Below, piece by piece: positions 19,654 to 30,587 of a stretch of 64,000 nucleotides of DNA (the stretch's first letter is position 1; each line of letters opens with the position of its first letter). The notes beneath the pieces are model-generated. The model was not told the origin of the DNA, did no database searches, and saw only the letters and a program-made list of their open reading frames with translations. Position numbers and translations under genes: made by a program. Source of the stretch: an uncultured Nitrospiraceae bacterium (GTDB lineage Bacteria > Nitrospirota > Thermodesulfovibrionia > Thermodesulfovibrionales > Dissulfurispiraceae); the NCBI GenBank assembly GCA_963705105.1, contig CAVPIW010000012.1:362949-426948 (forward strand), written 5' to 3'.

Positions 19654-20544
19654 TCACTCATTGGCGTACGGCCCCTTTCTTGCCGCAATGAAGCAGGTGC
19701 CTCCGTTCTCTCCCGGCCTCTCCCCGGCGTTGCTGAGAATGTACTCTGTCACATCATCCGCACCCAGGCGTTTCAGTTCCTCAATGCATTCGGCACGATC
19801 GACCATGTACACCGCGTCGTTGTCCGTGGCCCACCTTTCGTTCAGGCACGCAGGTGTCAGATTGATCAACCACGGATGCCGGTCGGAAGGGAATCTGCGA
19901 CTCGTCATCTGCGGCCAGTACATGCGAAAAAAGATGTGCTGAAGGGCGCCGCCGAAATCCGCCCTGCGCAGCTTCTCCTTCAGTGAGCCGGGGCCTCCGT
20001 GCGGCAGGGACGGCATTCTTCCGGCACTTCGAAAAGAAGGGCATACGATGACGATCATTCCTCCCGGCCGTGTGAGCCTGACCATCTCGCGGAGGAATTT
20101 CTGAGGCCATACGAGATGCTCAAGGACGTACAACGAGAAGACGACGTCAAAGGAGGCTTCGGGCAGATCCACGTCATACAGCGAGGACGCAAGAAAGGTT
20201 GCGTCCCGTGCACCTCGTGCGGTCACCTTCTCCGTCTGATTATTCTTGATTTGGGGTTCGCTGCAATCAACACCTGTGTACTTTACACCGCACTCCCTGA
20301 GGTTGTCATAGGCGTGACCGGAGCCACAGCCCAGATCGAGCACTGTCAACCCAGGAGACATCATCGAGCGGAGGACCCAGTGGTACGTACCCGGATTCCA
20401 CACCTCGTTCAGGGTCTGAGCCTTCTCATAGTAATTCCGTCTCCCGCATTCTTCGTTATAGAAGCGCATCATCCTGTCATGCAACCCCGCAAGTAGTGCT
20501 TGAGCGGAAATATCCGTTGCCGAAACCAGCACAACCTTCTTCAT
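19654..20544 (-). CDS. Class I SAM-dependent methyltransferase
   Basis: VLDLGCGSG, FDVVFSLYVLEH, RPGG. Confidence 0.85.
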   Translation of the reverse strand: MKKVVLVSATDISAQALLAGLHDRMMRFYNEECGRRNYYEKAQTLNEVWNPGTYHWVLRSMMSPGLTVLDLGCGSGHAYDNLRECGVKYTGVDCSEPQIKNNQTEKVTARGARDATFLASSLYDVDLPEASFDVVFSLYVLEHLVWPQKFLREMVRLTRPGGMIVIVCPSFRSAGRMPSLPHGGPGSLKEKLRRADFGGALQHIFFRMYWPQMTSRRFPSDRHPWLINLTPACLNERWATDNDAVYMVDRAECIEELKRLGADDVTEYILSNAGERPGENGGTCFIAARKGPYANE

Positions 20545-20593
20545 TGCTGAACGCATTCCAGGCATCGTCCCGCATGCCATCTTGCGACCAGCA

Positions 20594-21322
20594 CTAGAGA
20601 CCGTCACGGAGTTCCTCACGATAAAGGTCCAACATTTCGACCTCATTGTCACCGGCGTAATCGTCATGGATGAATCGAAAGGTGAACGCGTCCTCCCAAA
20701 TAAATCCAAGCTCCGAGCGCTTTGGGTCGGCCTTCTCCTTGTCCAGCCACGGTAGCCCCCTCCCTCCGGGCCGGAACCCGAGACCGCGTTCAATTTTGCT
20801 CAGGAGTGGTGTGAATCCCAGGCCCCGAAACACGCTGTTTGATCGAGCGAAGTAGCAGGTCGCCGGCCACTTGGCGATTATCAGGAGACAGTCGTCGTCG
20901 CGCAGGGTAAAAATCCACCGGTGGTGACAATAACCGACGTAGAGATGGGATCGTATGCTGGATAACTCTGAATGCTTCGTTGGCACCGCGATGTACCCCG
21001 CCTTGGAGTGTTTCATCAGATTGCTCAGCACATGCTCAGGTCTTCTGATGTCCTCGAGAGTATGCGTGCAGATGGAAAAGTCCCAGCGATGGCGGGCGAC
21101 GCGCTTCCATACGTTGTCGTCGTTGATGTCACCGGAAAACACGTGTTTTGAAGTGCTCACCGGTTTGATGTCGACGTACGCATCGACGTGCTCATCACAC
21201 CAGGGATCACGGGCGCCGCCGATATCAATAACCTTGTAGTCAGGGTTCTGTCTGCGCTTTTCAGACAGGTAGTCCATGACATGAGATCTCATTATTTGGT
21301 CACTCTTCTTGATTATCGGCAT
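20594..21322 (-). CDS. Methyltransferase-fold protein
   Basis: VIDIGG, DFSICTHTLED; within the polysaccharide locus. Confidence 0.6.
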   Translation of the reverse strand: MPIIKKSDQIMRSHVMDYLSEKRRQNPDYKVIDIGGARDPWCDEHVDAYVDIKPVSTSKHVFSGDINDDNVWKRVARHRWDFSICTHTLEDIRRPEHVLSNLMKHSKAGYIAVPTKHSELSSIRSHLYVGYCHHRWIFTLRDDDCLLIIAKWPATCYFARSNSVFRGLGFTPLLSKIERGLGFRPGGRGLPWLDKEKADPKRSELGFIWEDAFTFRFIHDDYAGDNEVEMLDLYREELRDGL

Positions 21323-21347
21323 TGCGGTCCCCTCTGTGCAGGCATGG

Positions 21348-22643
21348 TCACTTTTCCCCCCTGAGAAGCCGCCGCAGGCTGCCCCGCGCCCGATCCATAA
21401 AGGGCATGTGCATGATGGATGCCCGGAGCATGTCCTTTAAAGAGGGTTTCCCGAGGGTGTTCTGCAGGAGACTGTCGATCTCCCGATCGTCGACGACCCC
21501 GGACAATTCCGTGTCCTCGGCAAGAGACTGCAGGAGCGACGTGCGGTCATCGGCAGCGAGCGCAAGCTCAGCCACGCGGAGTGCCCTCCTCACGACCATG
21601 TCGCCGTTATACCGGGAGAGGACCCGGGAGCGGCATTTCCTGCGCATTTCCAGCCTCAGCGCCTCATCCTGCCGGAGGAGGCGCACTGCCGCCGGCAACC
21701 GATTCATCGATCCCGCGACAATGCCTCCCTCCATATGCCCGACAACCTCCACCTGACTGTTGTCCCTGTGGGGCCGGCTCACCGTCACGACGGGACAGCC
21801 GCACAGCATGGCCTCTGCCAGCACCAGACCGAAGCTCTCACCCTGGTTCGCAGCGTGGATGAAGCAGTCAAGAGAGGAGTACAGCACCCTCAGGGCTTCG
21901 TCATCGGGTGTCATGGGCATCTGAATAATCCGTCGTTGGACGTCCTGAGGCAGCGATCTCAGGGCGGGCTGCAGGGAGTCGGGCATGCCGGCAAGGAGGA
22001 GATAGGCGCGGGAATCCCGTTTTGCAAGGTCCGAAAAGGCCAGCAACGTCTGCACATGCCACTTTCCGGGAAAGGGCTGGCCGACGCGGCCGCACACATA
22101 GGCTCCCTTGTCGATGCCATGCATTTCGAGAAATGAGCTGACCTCATCGTCGTCGGCCCGCCGGAAACGGTGAGGATTGACCGGGTTGGGCACGATGACT
22201 CCCGGAGTCATGGCGCCGCGTCGGCCGAGCATCCGGCGCCAGCGCCACATGCACCACCTGGAAAGCTGCAGATGCACGTCAATGAGGTTTGCGGCATCGG
22301 AATGATCGACGCTCCCGAATATATTCTGCTCAAGAATACGCCGTTCTCTCCCGCGGAGGCGCCGCATGACGTAGGCCTCTCTGTCATCATGCCAGCCCCG
22401 GCGATGAATGTGAATGATGTCGGGACTGAATTGGTCTGCGTCCTTCAGTGTTCTGTCGAGATCGCCGTTCACGGTGAAGACGGGGATGCCGCGTGCCTCC
22501 AGTATTGCCGCCCTCGGACCGGGCATCCCGATATTCAGGACCGCCACGTCATGCCCCGCCTCCCGGAATCCCAACGTGAATTCCTGAGCTGACCGTTCCG
22601 TTCCTCCCAATCCCAAGCCGGGGCATATCGTCAGTATCCTCAT
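21348..22643 (-). CDS. Glycosyltransferase family 4
   Basis: LGGTER, GESFGLVLAEAM. Confidence 0.85.
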   Translation of the reverse strand: MRILTICPGLGLGGTERSAQEFTLGFREAGHDVAVLNIGMPGPRAAILEARGIPVFTVNGDLDRTLKDADQFSPDIIHIHRRGWHDDREAYVMRRLRGRERRILEQNIFGSVDHSDAANLIDVHLQLSRWCMWRWRRMLGRRGAMTPGVIVPNPVNPHRFRRADDDEVSSFLEMHGIDKGAYVCGRVGQPFPGKWHVQTLLAFSDLAKRDSRAYLLLAGMPDSLQPALRSLPQDVQRRIIQMPMTPDDEALRVLYSSLDCFIHAANQGESFGLVLAEAMLCGCPVVTVSRPHRDNSQVEVVGHMEGGIVAGSMNRLPAAVRLLRQDEALRLEMRRKCRSRVLSRYNGDMVVRRALRVAELALAADDRTSLLQSLAEDTELSGVVDDREIDSLLQNTLGKPSLKDMLRASIMHMPFMDRARGSLRRLLRGEK

Positions 22644-23815
22644 AGTGCCCGGTCCTGACTAAGGCGAACGGCGCAATCGCCACAGGGGGACTCATAGACC
22701 GACAGGACGGCGCTGCCGAACCGCTCGGGAGAAAAGAGCATCCTCGCCCGGTTCCTCCCTTCCTCTCCCATGATCTTCGCCTTTTTTTCGTCCCGGAGCA
22801 GCAAGAGGAGGCATAATGCCAGCGCACGGTCATCCCCCGGCGCCACAAGCAGCCCCGTGACTCCATGCCGGACCACTTCGGGCAATCCGCCGACATGCGA
22901 TGCGACAACGGGCGCACCGGCGGCCATGGCCTCGGCGGCGACAAGCCCGAACCCCTCGAACAGGGACGGCACCGCCACAACATCCATGACCCCGTACAAC
23001 CTGTAAACTTCGGACTGATCCCGCTGCCCGAGCCATCGTATGCTTTCCCCGATCCCCGATGCCGCAGCCTCCTTTTCAAGGTCTTCGCGGTCAGGGCCGT
23101 CGCCGACCACGACGAGTACCGCCGACGGCAGCACATCAAGGACTGACTTCATCGCCCTCAGGAGGGTCTTCTGTCCCTTCTCACGGCGAAGTCTTCCGAC
23201 AACGCCGACAACTTTTTTGCCGTCCAAATTTAGCCTGCGCCTGATATCCTCCCCTGTCGACTCCGACTGCAGCCGCCCGATCTCCCGGACATCGACGGCG
23301 TTATAAATTGCAAAGCGGCTGCCCGTCCCGTCTCCCTGCGCGTGATTGCCGGAGCGGAACCATGACTCCTCCACCGATTTTGAAACACAAAAGAAGGCCG
23401 AGCAGATGCGGGCCGCTGTGAGCAGGATCGATCTCTCCTTCCACCCGTGCGCGAAGCCGGGCTGGTGGACCGTCGCAAAGACGGTCCCGACGCCGGCAAG
23501 ACGCGCTGCAATGATAGGGACAAACCCCGGCGCAAGATACTGAACATGGACGATGTCGGGTTTGAGGTTCCTGAAAAGCCGCACAAGGCTGCGTATGAGG
23601 CGCAGCAGGCCGTCGGCCCTGCGGCACTTCATCAGCAGCACCTCAGCCCCGGCTGCGCGAAACCCCGCCACAATGGCATCGTCATACTCGTAGTAACAGC
23701 ATACCGTGACGCGGTACCCGCCGCCGGACAGCACGCGCACCAGCGACAGCGTCTGAAACTCCGTCCCCCCCACAAGGAGCACCGGAATCGAAATCATCAC
23801 ATGTTTTTCGACCAT
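22640..23815 (-). CDS. Glycosyltransferase family 4
   Basis: VGGTE, VGRLRREKG, EGFGLVAAEAM. Confidence 0.9.
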   Translation of the reverse strand: MVEKHVMISIPVLLVGGTEFQTLSLVRVLSGGGYRVTVCCYYEYDDAIVAGFRAAGAEVLLMKCRRADGLLRLIRSLVRLFRNLKPDIVHVQYLAPGFVPIIAARLAGVGTVFATVHQPGFAHGWKERSILLTAARICSAFFCVSKSVEESWFRSGNHAQGDGTGSRFAIYNAVDVREIGRLQSESTGEDIRRRLNLDGKKVVGVVGRLRREKGQKTLLRAMKSVLDVLPSAVLVVVGDGPDREDLEKEAAASGIGESIRWLGQRDQSEVYRLYGVMDVVAVPSLFEGFGLVAAEAMAAGAPVVASHVGGLPEVVRHGVTGLLVAPGDDRALALCLLLLLRDEKKAKIMGEEGRNRARMLFSPERFGSAVLSVYESPCGDCAVRLSQDRAL

Positions 23816-23825
23816 GGTTTTCCGC

Positions 23826-24939
23826 TCACCGGTCCATGAGGCAGCGCTCATAGACCTGAAGGGTTTCACAGCCGCAGCGTTCCCAGGAGAACTGTGCGGC
23901 CTGAAGGAGACCCTGCTGTGACAATGCGAGGGTGTTGGCGTCATCATTTTCGAATGCCTCAAGGGCTTTTACGAGGGACGTGACGTCCTGCGGGTCGATG
24001 TATATGGCCGCCTCTCCTCCCGCCTCCGGCACCGATGACGTCCCCGAAGCGATGACGGGGCACCCGCAGCTCATCGCCTCAAGGACCGGCAGCCCGAACC
24101 CTTCATAAAGAGAGGGGAACACAAGGGCTGTCGCGCACCGGTAGAGATCGGCCAGTGTTTCGTCGGGCTGCCTGCCGATAAAGTGGACCCTCTCCGGGCG
24201 GTTTCCCGAACTGTAACGCTCTTTTATGCCGGCGGGCGGGTTCCAGAGCAGCACAAGATCATTCTCGGGGATCGTTCCGCAGCAGTTTCGCATAGGCATC
24301 GAGCAGAAAAGGCGTGTTCTTCCGCCCTGCAGAGCACGAAAGGGCGAGAAAGAAGGGGCGATCAAAACCGAGCATTGCGCCCATCCTCTTCCTGAGCGTT
24401 TCCTGATCGGCCGCCGGACGGAACATGTCCCGGTCGACACCCGGATATATCACGTCAATTCTTTCGGGGTCTATACCGAGCCGGTTCACGATATCCGCCT
24501 TCGAGGCTTCGGAAATGGTCATGATGCGGCGGCATCTTCCGGCGAAGTCAGGCACCCACCGGGAAAGGCGGACATGATCGGCCATGTCTTCAGGCTGCAT
24601 GAGAAATATGAGGTCATGGATCGTCGCAACGGCATTTTCAGGCCTTTCAATGGGCATGTAGAAGTCCGTGGCATGATAGAGATCCCCCCTGCACAGACGT
24701 TCGACAAGTTTCATGTTTCTCATGATCCCTTCACCCGCCCTCGGTAGCCGCAGGTGTGCCGTCTTTGCCCTGAGCCCGAGGTCGCTCAGCCTGCGTCCGC
24801 GGAGTCTCCGCCCGAATAGCACAATATCATAGGGTGACCCGTTCCTCGTGATCGCTTCGATCATCATGCGCGTCATTCTGCCGATGCCTGTCGGCGTGTA
24901 GAGAAGGGGAGTGGCATCGATCACGATTCGACGGGCCAT
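23826..24939 (-). CDS. Glycosyltransferase family 4 split by an apparent +1 frameshift at 24267-24270
   Basis: N-half (IDAT...TGIGR, TIHDL) and C-half (FPSLYEGFGLPVLEAM) join as RNDPENDLVLLW if one base of the 4-nt run is removed. Confidence 0.85.
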
Positions 24940-24943
24940 TGTC

Positions 24944-26305
24944 TCAGTGTGAGCTGCAGGCCGCGTCTGCGGTCAGCACTCCGTCATATATGTGCATCAG
25001 GTCCCCGATGTGTTCCCTCATGGTTTTGACAGGCGGGACCTGTGCCGACATGCGGGCGAGCAGGTGAGGATTGCCGATGAATTCCCGCATTGCCGCCGCA
25101 AGAGACCTGCCGTCATTGTACCGGACAATGAAGCCGTTTTCCCCATGTGCAACCTGTTCGGGCAAGGCCCCTGAATCGAAGACGATGACGGGTTTGCCGG
25201 CTGAAAATGCCTCGGCCACGACAAGACCGAAGGCCTCGGGCAGTAAAGAGGGGACGATAAGGACATCGAATGCCGCATACGCGTCGGACAGTTTTTGTGC
25301 CGGCACGAAGCCGTGAAAATCGACACGCGCATCTCCCTGGTATCGTCCAAGGGTCTTTTTAAGGTACTCCTTGTCCCAGGCATGCCGGGCCGCCCCGAAG
25401 ATGTGCAGTTCGCATCTCCCGCCGTCCGGGATGAGCTCAAGCGCCTCCAGTATGACATGGAGACCTTTCAGGTATTCTATCCGCCCCACATACCCGAATC
25501 GTATCTTCCCGCTTTCAGACTTCTTTTGGGGGTCTTTCCGGAGCGGCTCGACGCCGTGAGGCAGAGTGACGATACTCCCGGGGTCCCTGCCGTTTTTCAG
25601 GAGGAGGTCCATGACGGCTGCCGAAGGAGCGATCATCATCTGTGCGAGGTCGAGCACTTGTCTTTTCGCAGCGACGGTCTGCTCGACAATCCAGGGGTAG
25701 ATCAGGCCGCGCTCAAGATAGGACAGCCCTGCGGAGGCGTTCAACCGTTTGCCGACGGGCCGGTACACGGCGGGAGGTATGCTCCGAATCATGCCGCCTG
25801 TAAACCACCTGGGCCATCTCTCATAGCTGGCGCAGGGAACACAGTGATCGGGAGACATCATCTTGTCGCAGACAGGGCCGGATGAACGGACGAGGGTCCC
25901 GTTCGCACAGGCGATCCCGGCGTGATGGGCCGTCACCACGTGCGGGATGCGAAACTCGCTGCAGGCGACGGTCACCGGGGGCTTCAACCCGTTTATATGA
26001 ACCAAATCGGGCCGAAGCTCCTGCAGGATATCCTTTACCCCCTTCTGGATGACGGGACCCATCCCCGTGTGCAGCTCCGCCTGATCGACTCGCGAAGGAT
26101 TGACGCTCAGGGAGGTGACACCAATGCCTTCAAAGGCATACTCTTCGATGAGATAGGGGGCTGCCCCCGTTTTCCAGGGAGACGATGTCACGACCATCAC
26201 GTCCATGCCCAGCCGAAGAAACTCCCGGGCGATTCGATAGACGTAGACCTCGCCTCCGCCGTACAGGGGGGGCCGGAAAGAATATGCTGACATGACGATT
26301 TTCAT
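24944..26305 (-). CDS. Glycosyltransferase family 4
   Basis: YGGGEVY, VGRIEYLKG, EAFGLVVAE. Confidence 0.9.
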   Translation of the reverse strand: MKIVMSAYSFRPPLYGGGEVYVYRIAREFLRLGMDVMVVTSSPWKTGAAPYLIEEYAFEGIGVTSLSVNPSRVDQAELHTGMGPVIQKGVKDILQELRPDLVHINGLKPPVTVACSEFRIPHVVTAHHAGIACANGTLVRSSGPVCDKMMSPDHCVPCASYERWPRWFTGGMIRSIPPAVYRPVGKRLNASAGLSYLERGLIYPWIVEQTVAAKRQVLDLAQMMIAPSAAVMDLLLKNGRDPGSIVTLPHGVEPLRKDPQKKSESGKIRFGYVGRIEYLKGLHVILEALELIPDGGRCELHIFGAARHAWDKEYLKKTLGRYQGDARVDFHGFVPAQKLSDAYAAFDVLIVPSLLPEAFGLVVAEAFSAGKPVIVFDSGALPEQVAHGENGFIVRYNDGRSLAAAMREFIGNPHLLARMSAQVPPVKTMREHIGDLMHIYDGVLTADAACSSH

Positions 26306-26319
26306 CAGTTAAACCTTCT

Positions 26320-26524
26320 GTTGCACGGAAAGGCGGCGCGAAACGCCTCAAAGCCTTGCTGAAGGCGACGATGCGCATTGTCAGCTTCGTGTTTCAGGAA
26401 CCCATTCTTTGTGTCATCGATCATTGGCTTATAATTCGTCTCTCGTCTCGATACAGGTGTCGCCGCAGCAAGGTTTTCGGCGCATACACCCCGCCTTTCC
26501 TGGGAGTGTGTCGCAACGATAAGG
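26320..26524. repeat. Family A element (long-spacer subtype)
   Basis: Inverted copy of 11040-11244. Confidence 0.88.
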
Positions 26525-26547
26525 TTACTTTGCGAAGAAATCATGCC

Positions 26548-27582
26548 CTATCCTCGTGTTGCATTATTTTGGATACTGGTGATTTCATCTATGAAGTTTG
26601 TCTGCTCTTCGGGAGGGGAGCCCGCTTTCTCGAGGACGGCCCGGACTGCCGCCAGGACCTCCTGCACGCCGATCATGTCCATGCAATGCCTGTCATGGGC
26701 GCAGTCATTCCATTTCCAGCAGGGGGCGCAGTCGGTGAAGGAGTCCAGGTTCTCATTACACCCATAGCCGCTCTGCCAGGAATGCTCGCGCCCTCCGTAT
26801 ACGATCACGGAACGGCAATCAACAGCACGGGCCAGGTGCGTCAGGAATCCCTGTGTCCCGATGAAGCAGAGTGATTGACTCAGGATGGCAGCCGTCTCCC
26901 TTAGTCCCGTCCTGCCCCTCATGTCCGTCACCCCGCTGAGCGGATGATCCCTTGTGACTCCGATCTGGATCACCCTGATATCGGGACGCATCCCGTGCAG
27001 TTCGTCGACGACTGCCTGGAAGCGGTCATGGAACCACAGCTTGTTTCTCATCCATGTCTCATGGGTGTACTCGCCGATGCTCTGGATGCACACCTGCTTT
27101 TCGTGAATCCTGCCGGACCTCTTTTCGGCCTCGTTTTGATGATAATAGGGTCTGACGTCTATCTCGCCCGTGATCCCTGCGGCGCGGCAGAGATGGGCGA
27201 TGATGTGTTCCGCCGGCGGGATTTCCTGTTCTCCCGCGACGGGCTGCGCGGTGTATCGCAGGGCAAGCCGCCTGGCGCCCAGGAGGTTCGAATACCTCAG
27301 ATACCAGTGATCCATGGCGAAGACGTGCGCATAGTCGGGATTGTTCCGCAGGAGATCGGCGGCCGATGAAACCTGCCAGATGCGCAGGCCCGGCGATCTT
27401 TTTTTCAATTCCCGGGCGACGCAACTGAGGAGCAGCTCATCGCCAAGCCCGCCCAGAAACTGCAGCATCACATCAGGCAGGCCGCAGCGGCGCAGGACGT
27501 CGAGGGTGCGCGATTCTATTCCCAGTGCCTGCCAGACGCGCCGGGGGACGAACAGGTTCCTCCAGTTTATTGCGCGCCGCAC
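26548..27582 (-). CDS. Glycosyltransferase family 9-like
   Basis: GGLGDELL, NKLW, GRTGLRE, HLARAV, CAPCW...C...CM. Confidence 0.8.
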   Translation of the reverse strand: MRRAINWRNLFVPRRVWQALGIESRTLDVLRRCGLPDVMLQFLGGLGDELLLSCVARELKKRSPGLRIWQVSSAADLLRNNPDYAHVFAMDHWYLRYSNLLGARRLALRYTAQPVAGEQEIPPAEHIIAHLCRAAGITGEIDVRPYYHQNEAEKRSGRIHEKQVCIQSIGEYTHETWMRNKLWFHDRFQAVVDELHGMRPDIRVIQIGVTRDHPLSGVTDMRGRTGLRETAAILSQSLCFIGTQGFLTHLARAVDCRSVIVYGGREHSWQSGYGCNENLDSFTDCAPCWKWNDCAHDRHCMDMIGVQEVLAAVRAVLEKAGSPPEEQTNFIDEITSIQNNATRG

Positions 27583-27588
27583 AGAGGA

Positions 27589-28299
27589 TCACCTCCCGTC
27601 ATTGCTGCACGGCGCACAATGGCCTGCCGATGGACAGTGTTTCTTTGCGCAGATGAAGAAGCTGAAAAAATGGTCGGGACCGTCGTCACGGTCGATGATC
27701 AGCATGCCCCGTCGTTTCAGGGCACCGACGATGGTCTCCGGATCAGGAACCCACTGGTGCATGTCCCTCATGAAAGGATTCGACCGGTGCCAGAGCCTGC
27801 AGGACGGATGGGGCAGATACAGGAAGAGGACACCCCCGGGTTTGAGCTTTCCTATCCACGCATCCAGGGCCTCCTGCCAGTCCCCGATATGTTCGAGACA
27901 ATGGGAGCTGAAAATGTAGTCCTGGGAATCCGCAGGAAAATCGTCGATCCTGTTTGCGACGCCCGGCCCCGATTCGGTGTCGATCGGCGTGCTGCCTGGT
28001 AAAGGCCAGTGCGAGGCGCCGATGTCCAGGCCTTTCCCCCTGCAGAATTTCATCGCCGTCCGCCGTATTGCATACGTATTGCCTCCGACGGTGAGATAGT
28101 CCGGATAGAATTCGCCGTCGTACAACCATCCGCCGGGCACCCTTTTGTGGCCCGTCTCCAGGAGCGATCTGTAGGAGCGGAACAGTGCCGGGCCGTCTGC
28201 CATTTCTTCGAGCGAAACGGCCGGGTCTCCAGCGATCCTTCGCAGAAGGGGTCTGACAGCCCCTCTCGCCATTCGTACCGCTTTCTTCAGCATCGGCAT
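27589..28299 (-). CDS. SAM-dependent methyltransferase
   Basis: GLDIGA, DYIFSSHCLEH, LKPGG; directly downstream of wzt. Confidence 0.8.
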   Translation of the reverse strand: MPMLKKAVRMARGAVRPLLRRIAGDPAVSLEEMADGPALFRSYRSLLETGHKRVPGGWLYDGEFYPDYLTVGGNTYAIRRTAMKFCRGKGLDIGASHWPLPGSTPIDTESGPGVANRIDDFPADSQDYIFSSHCLEHIGDWQEALDAWIGKLKPGGVLFLYLPHPSCRLWHRSNPFMRDMHQWVPDPETIVGALKRRGMLIIDRDDGPDHFFSFFICAKKHCPSAGHCAPCSNDGR

Positions 28300-29597
28300 G
28301 ACCCGGCCTGCTGCACCGTATATTTCACCCTCGGAATGAATGCTCCCCGTCGTGTATAGGACCTGTAGCCGGCTGATACCTCCGTCGGCGTCACCTCGAA
28401 GCACGCGGCCTCCTGGATATAGTCCTCCATGATCATATCGGACAGGCCTGATTTCAGCCCCAGGCCGATTGAGTATGCGCCGGGCAGCAGCAGTAGGTCG
28501 GAGAACTCGGCAATGAACTCATAGCTGCCCGGCCCGACGGGGCCTGTATAAAGGGAGTCCGATGAAAGAGAAGACGCTATTTCAACGGAGTGGTTGTTAT
28601 AGAGCGCCATGCCGAGCTCCAAAGTCGGCAGGTCGGCCGATACGGTAACCCTGACCCTGAAGACCGGGTTTTTCGCGAAGGCTGTCTGCCATCCGTTGTC
28701 CCCTGAGGCGGACACCATCTCCACTTCCCGGAGCTGTGCGGCGTGGCGCAGGTGATGCGGCGCCGTTCTTTTCCTGTCAGCCAGGTTGATGACGCGCTCA
28801 TGGGAGTCTGACCAGCTTGCGATGTAGGTATTGATGCAGGGCTCAATTTCGTCGAAATATGCAGTCCGTCCCCGTTCAAGGAGCAATCCTTTCCTGCAGA
28901 GGCTCGATAAGGCGCCCATGTTGTGACTCACGAACAGGATCGTCTTTCCCGATGCGCCCGCTTCGGACATCTTCCCCAGGCATTTCTTCTGAAAGCCCGC
29001 ATCGCCGACGGCAAGCACTTCGTCGACGAGCAGGATCTCGTTCTCCAGGTGCGCAGCCACCGCAAAGGCAAGTCTGACATACATACCCGATGAATACCGC
29101 TTGACCGGTGTATCCAGAAACTTCTCGATCTCGGCGAAAGCGACGATGGCGTCGAAGTTTTTCCTGATCTCGGCCTTTGTCATCCCGAGGATCGCGCCGT
29201 TGAGAAAGATGTTCTCCCGGCCCGTCAGCTCCGGATGGAACCCTGTTCCCACTTCCAGGAGGCTTGCGACTCTCCCCTTGATCGTAATCCGTCCCGTCGT
29301 CGGATGGGTTATGCGGCTGAGGATCTTCAGGAGCGTCGATTTTCCGGCGCCGTTTCTCCCTATTATCCCGACGCGATCGCCCCTATCGATGTGAAGGGAA
29401 AGGTCTTTCAATGCATAGAATTCCTCCGCCGCGGCATTGCAGGCCCGGTGCGAATCATTGGAACGGAAGAGCCTGTGCCCCAGTCTCCTGACGCCGTCCG
29501 TCATGACATCCCGGAGGGCGACATAGCGCTCCGGCTGCCGATGGCTGAGCAGATATTTCTTGCTCACCTGCTCCACTTTGATGACCGTATCACTCAT
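28287..29597 (-). CDS. wzt: Polysaccharide ABC transporter ATPase with C-terminal extension
   Basis: GRNGAGKST, YSSGM, VDEVLAVGD, VSH; C-terminal beta-rich domain; ATGA overlap with wzm. Confidence 0.92.
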   Translation of the reverse strand: MSDTVIKVEQVSKKYLLSHRQPERYVALRDVMTDGVRRLGHRLFRSNDSHRACNAAAEEFYALKDLSLHIDRGDRVGIIGRNGAGKSTLLKILSRITHPTTGRITIKGRVASLLEVGTGFHPELTGRENIFLNGAILGMTKAEIRKNFDAIVAFAEIEKFLDTPVKRYSSGMYVRLAFAVAAHLENEILLVDEVLAVGDAGFQKKCLGKMSEAGASGKTILFVSHNMGALSSLCRKGLLLERGRTAYFDEIEPCINTYIASWSDSHERVINLADRKRTAPHHLRHAAQLREVEMVSASGDNGWQTAFAKNPVFRVRVTVSADLPTLELGMALYNNHSVEIASSLSSDSLYTGPVGPGSYEFIAEFSDLLLLPGAYSIGLGLKSGLSDMIMEDYIQEAACFEVTPTEVSAGYRSYTRRGAFIPRVKYTVQQAGSCRC

Positions 29598-30439
29598 AGA
29601 AGATCGGCGAAGGACCGTTCGGTTTTCCTGAAGTACGCCACGCCGGTAACGAGCAGAATCACGACAATCAGGAGCGAAAGGATGAAACCGGGAAGGAATA
29701 TCCTGCTCTCCCCTCCCAGGACGGCCCAGCGGAAACCGTCGATGACACCGACCATGGGATTCAGGGAATAGATCAGACGCCATGAATCGGGGACGACGCT
29801 GCTCGAGAAGCCGACTGGCGAGATATAGAGCCCCAGTTGGACAATGAAAGGGATGACATACCGGAAATCGCGGTATCTCACGTTAAGGGCCGTGAGCCAG
29901 AGGCCTGCCCCCAGGGCCGCGGCAAAGGCGATCCCGACGAAGACCGGCAGTGTGACGACGCGCCAGCCGGGGACGAACTGGTACCAGATCATGAGGATGA
30001 TGAGGATCGCCCAGGAGACAAGGAAATCCACAAAGCTTGTGATCACCGAACTGACCGGTATGATCAATCGGGGAAAATAGACCTTCGAGATGAGATGCGT
30101 GCTGCCGAGAAGACTGTTGGCGGCGTCTGAAAGGGCGTTCGAGAAGAACTGCCAGGGCAGCATGGCGACGAAAACGAGGAGAGGATAAGGGGCTCCCTCG
30201 GAGGGCAGTCCCGCCAACCTTCCGAAAACCACGGTGAAGACGGCCATGGTAAGGAGAGGCCGCACCAGGATCCAGGCGATGCCGATGGCCGTCTGCTTGT
30301 AACGGACCAGGATGTCACGCCAGGTGAGGAAGCAGAGCAGCTCCCGGTAGCGCCAGATGTCGGCCCAGTAATGCTTCTCCGGCCTGCCAGCCTCGATGAC
30401 GAGAGTGGTTTCGTCGGCCGTCGATGCCGGATGCACCAT
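29594..30439 (-). CDS. wzm: Polysaccharide ABC transporter permease
   Basis: RDILVRYKQT, KVYFPR, RYRD, LNPM. Confidence 0.92.
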   Translation of the reverse strand: MVHPASTADETTLVIEAGRPEKHYWADIWRYRELLCFLTWRDILVRYKQTAIGIAWILVRPLLTMAVFTVVFGRLAGLPSEGAPYPLLVFVAMLPWQFFSNALSDAANSLLGSTHLISKVYFPRLIIPVSSVITSFVDFLVSWAILIILMIWYQFVPGWRVVTLPVFVGIAFAAALGAGLWLTALNVRYRDFRYVIPFIVQLGLYISPVGFSSSVVPDSWRLIYSLNPMVGVIDGFRWAVLGGESRIFLPGFILSLLIVVILLVTGVAYFRKTERSFADLL

Positions 30440-30587
30440 CTCCGCCACCCCGTCATGACCGGTTTGCACAGGCCACGACGGGAAGCCTCCCGGCGCAGTC
30501 ACCGGGCATCCCGGCACTTCCCCCGTTTTTCCCCTTCCCACTATTTTTTCCCCTCTCTCCCGTGCCTCTGTCCGTTCCGGCCTGATT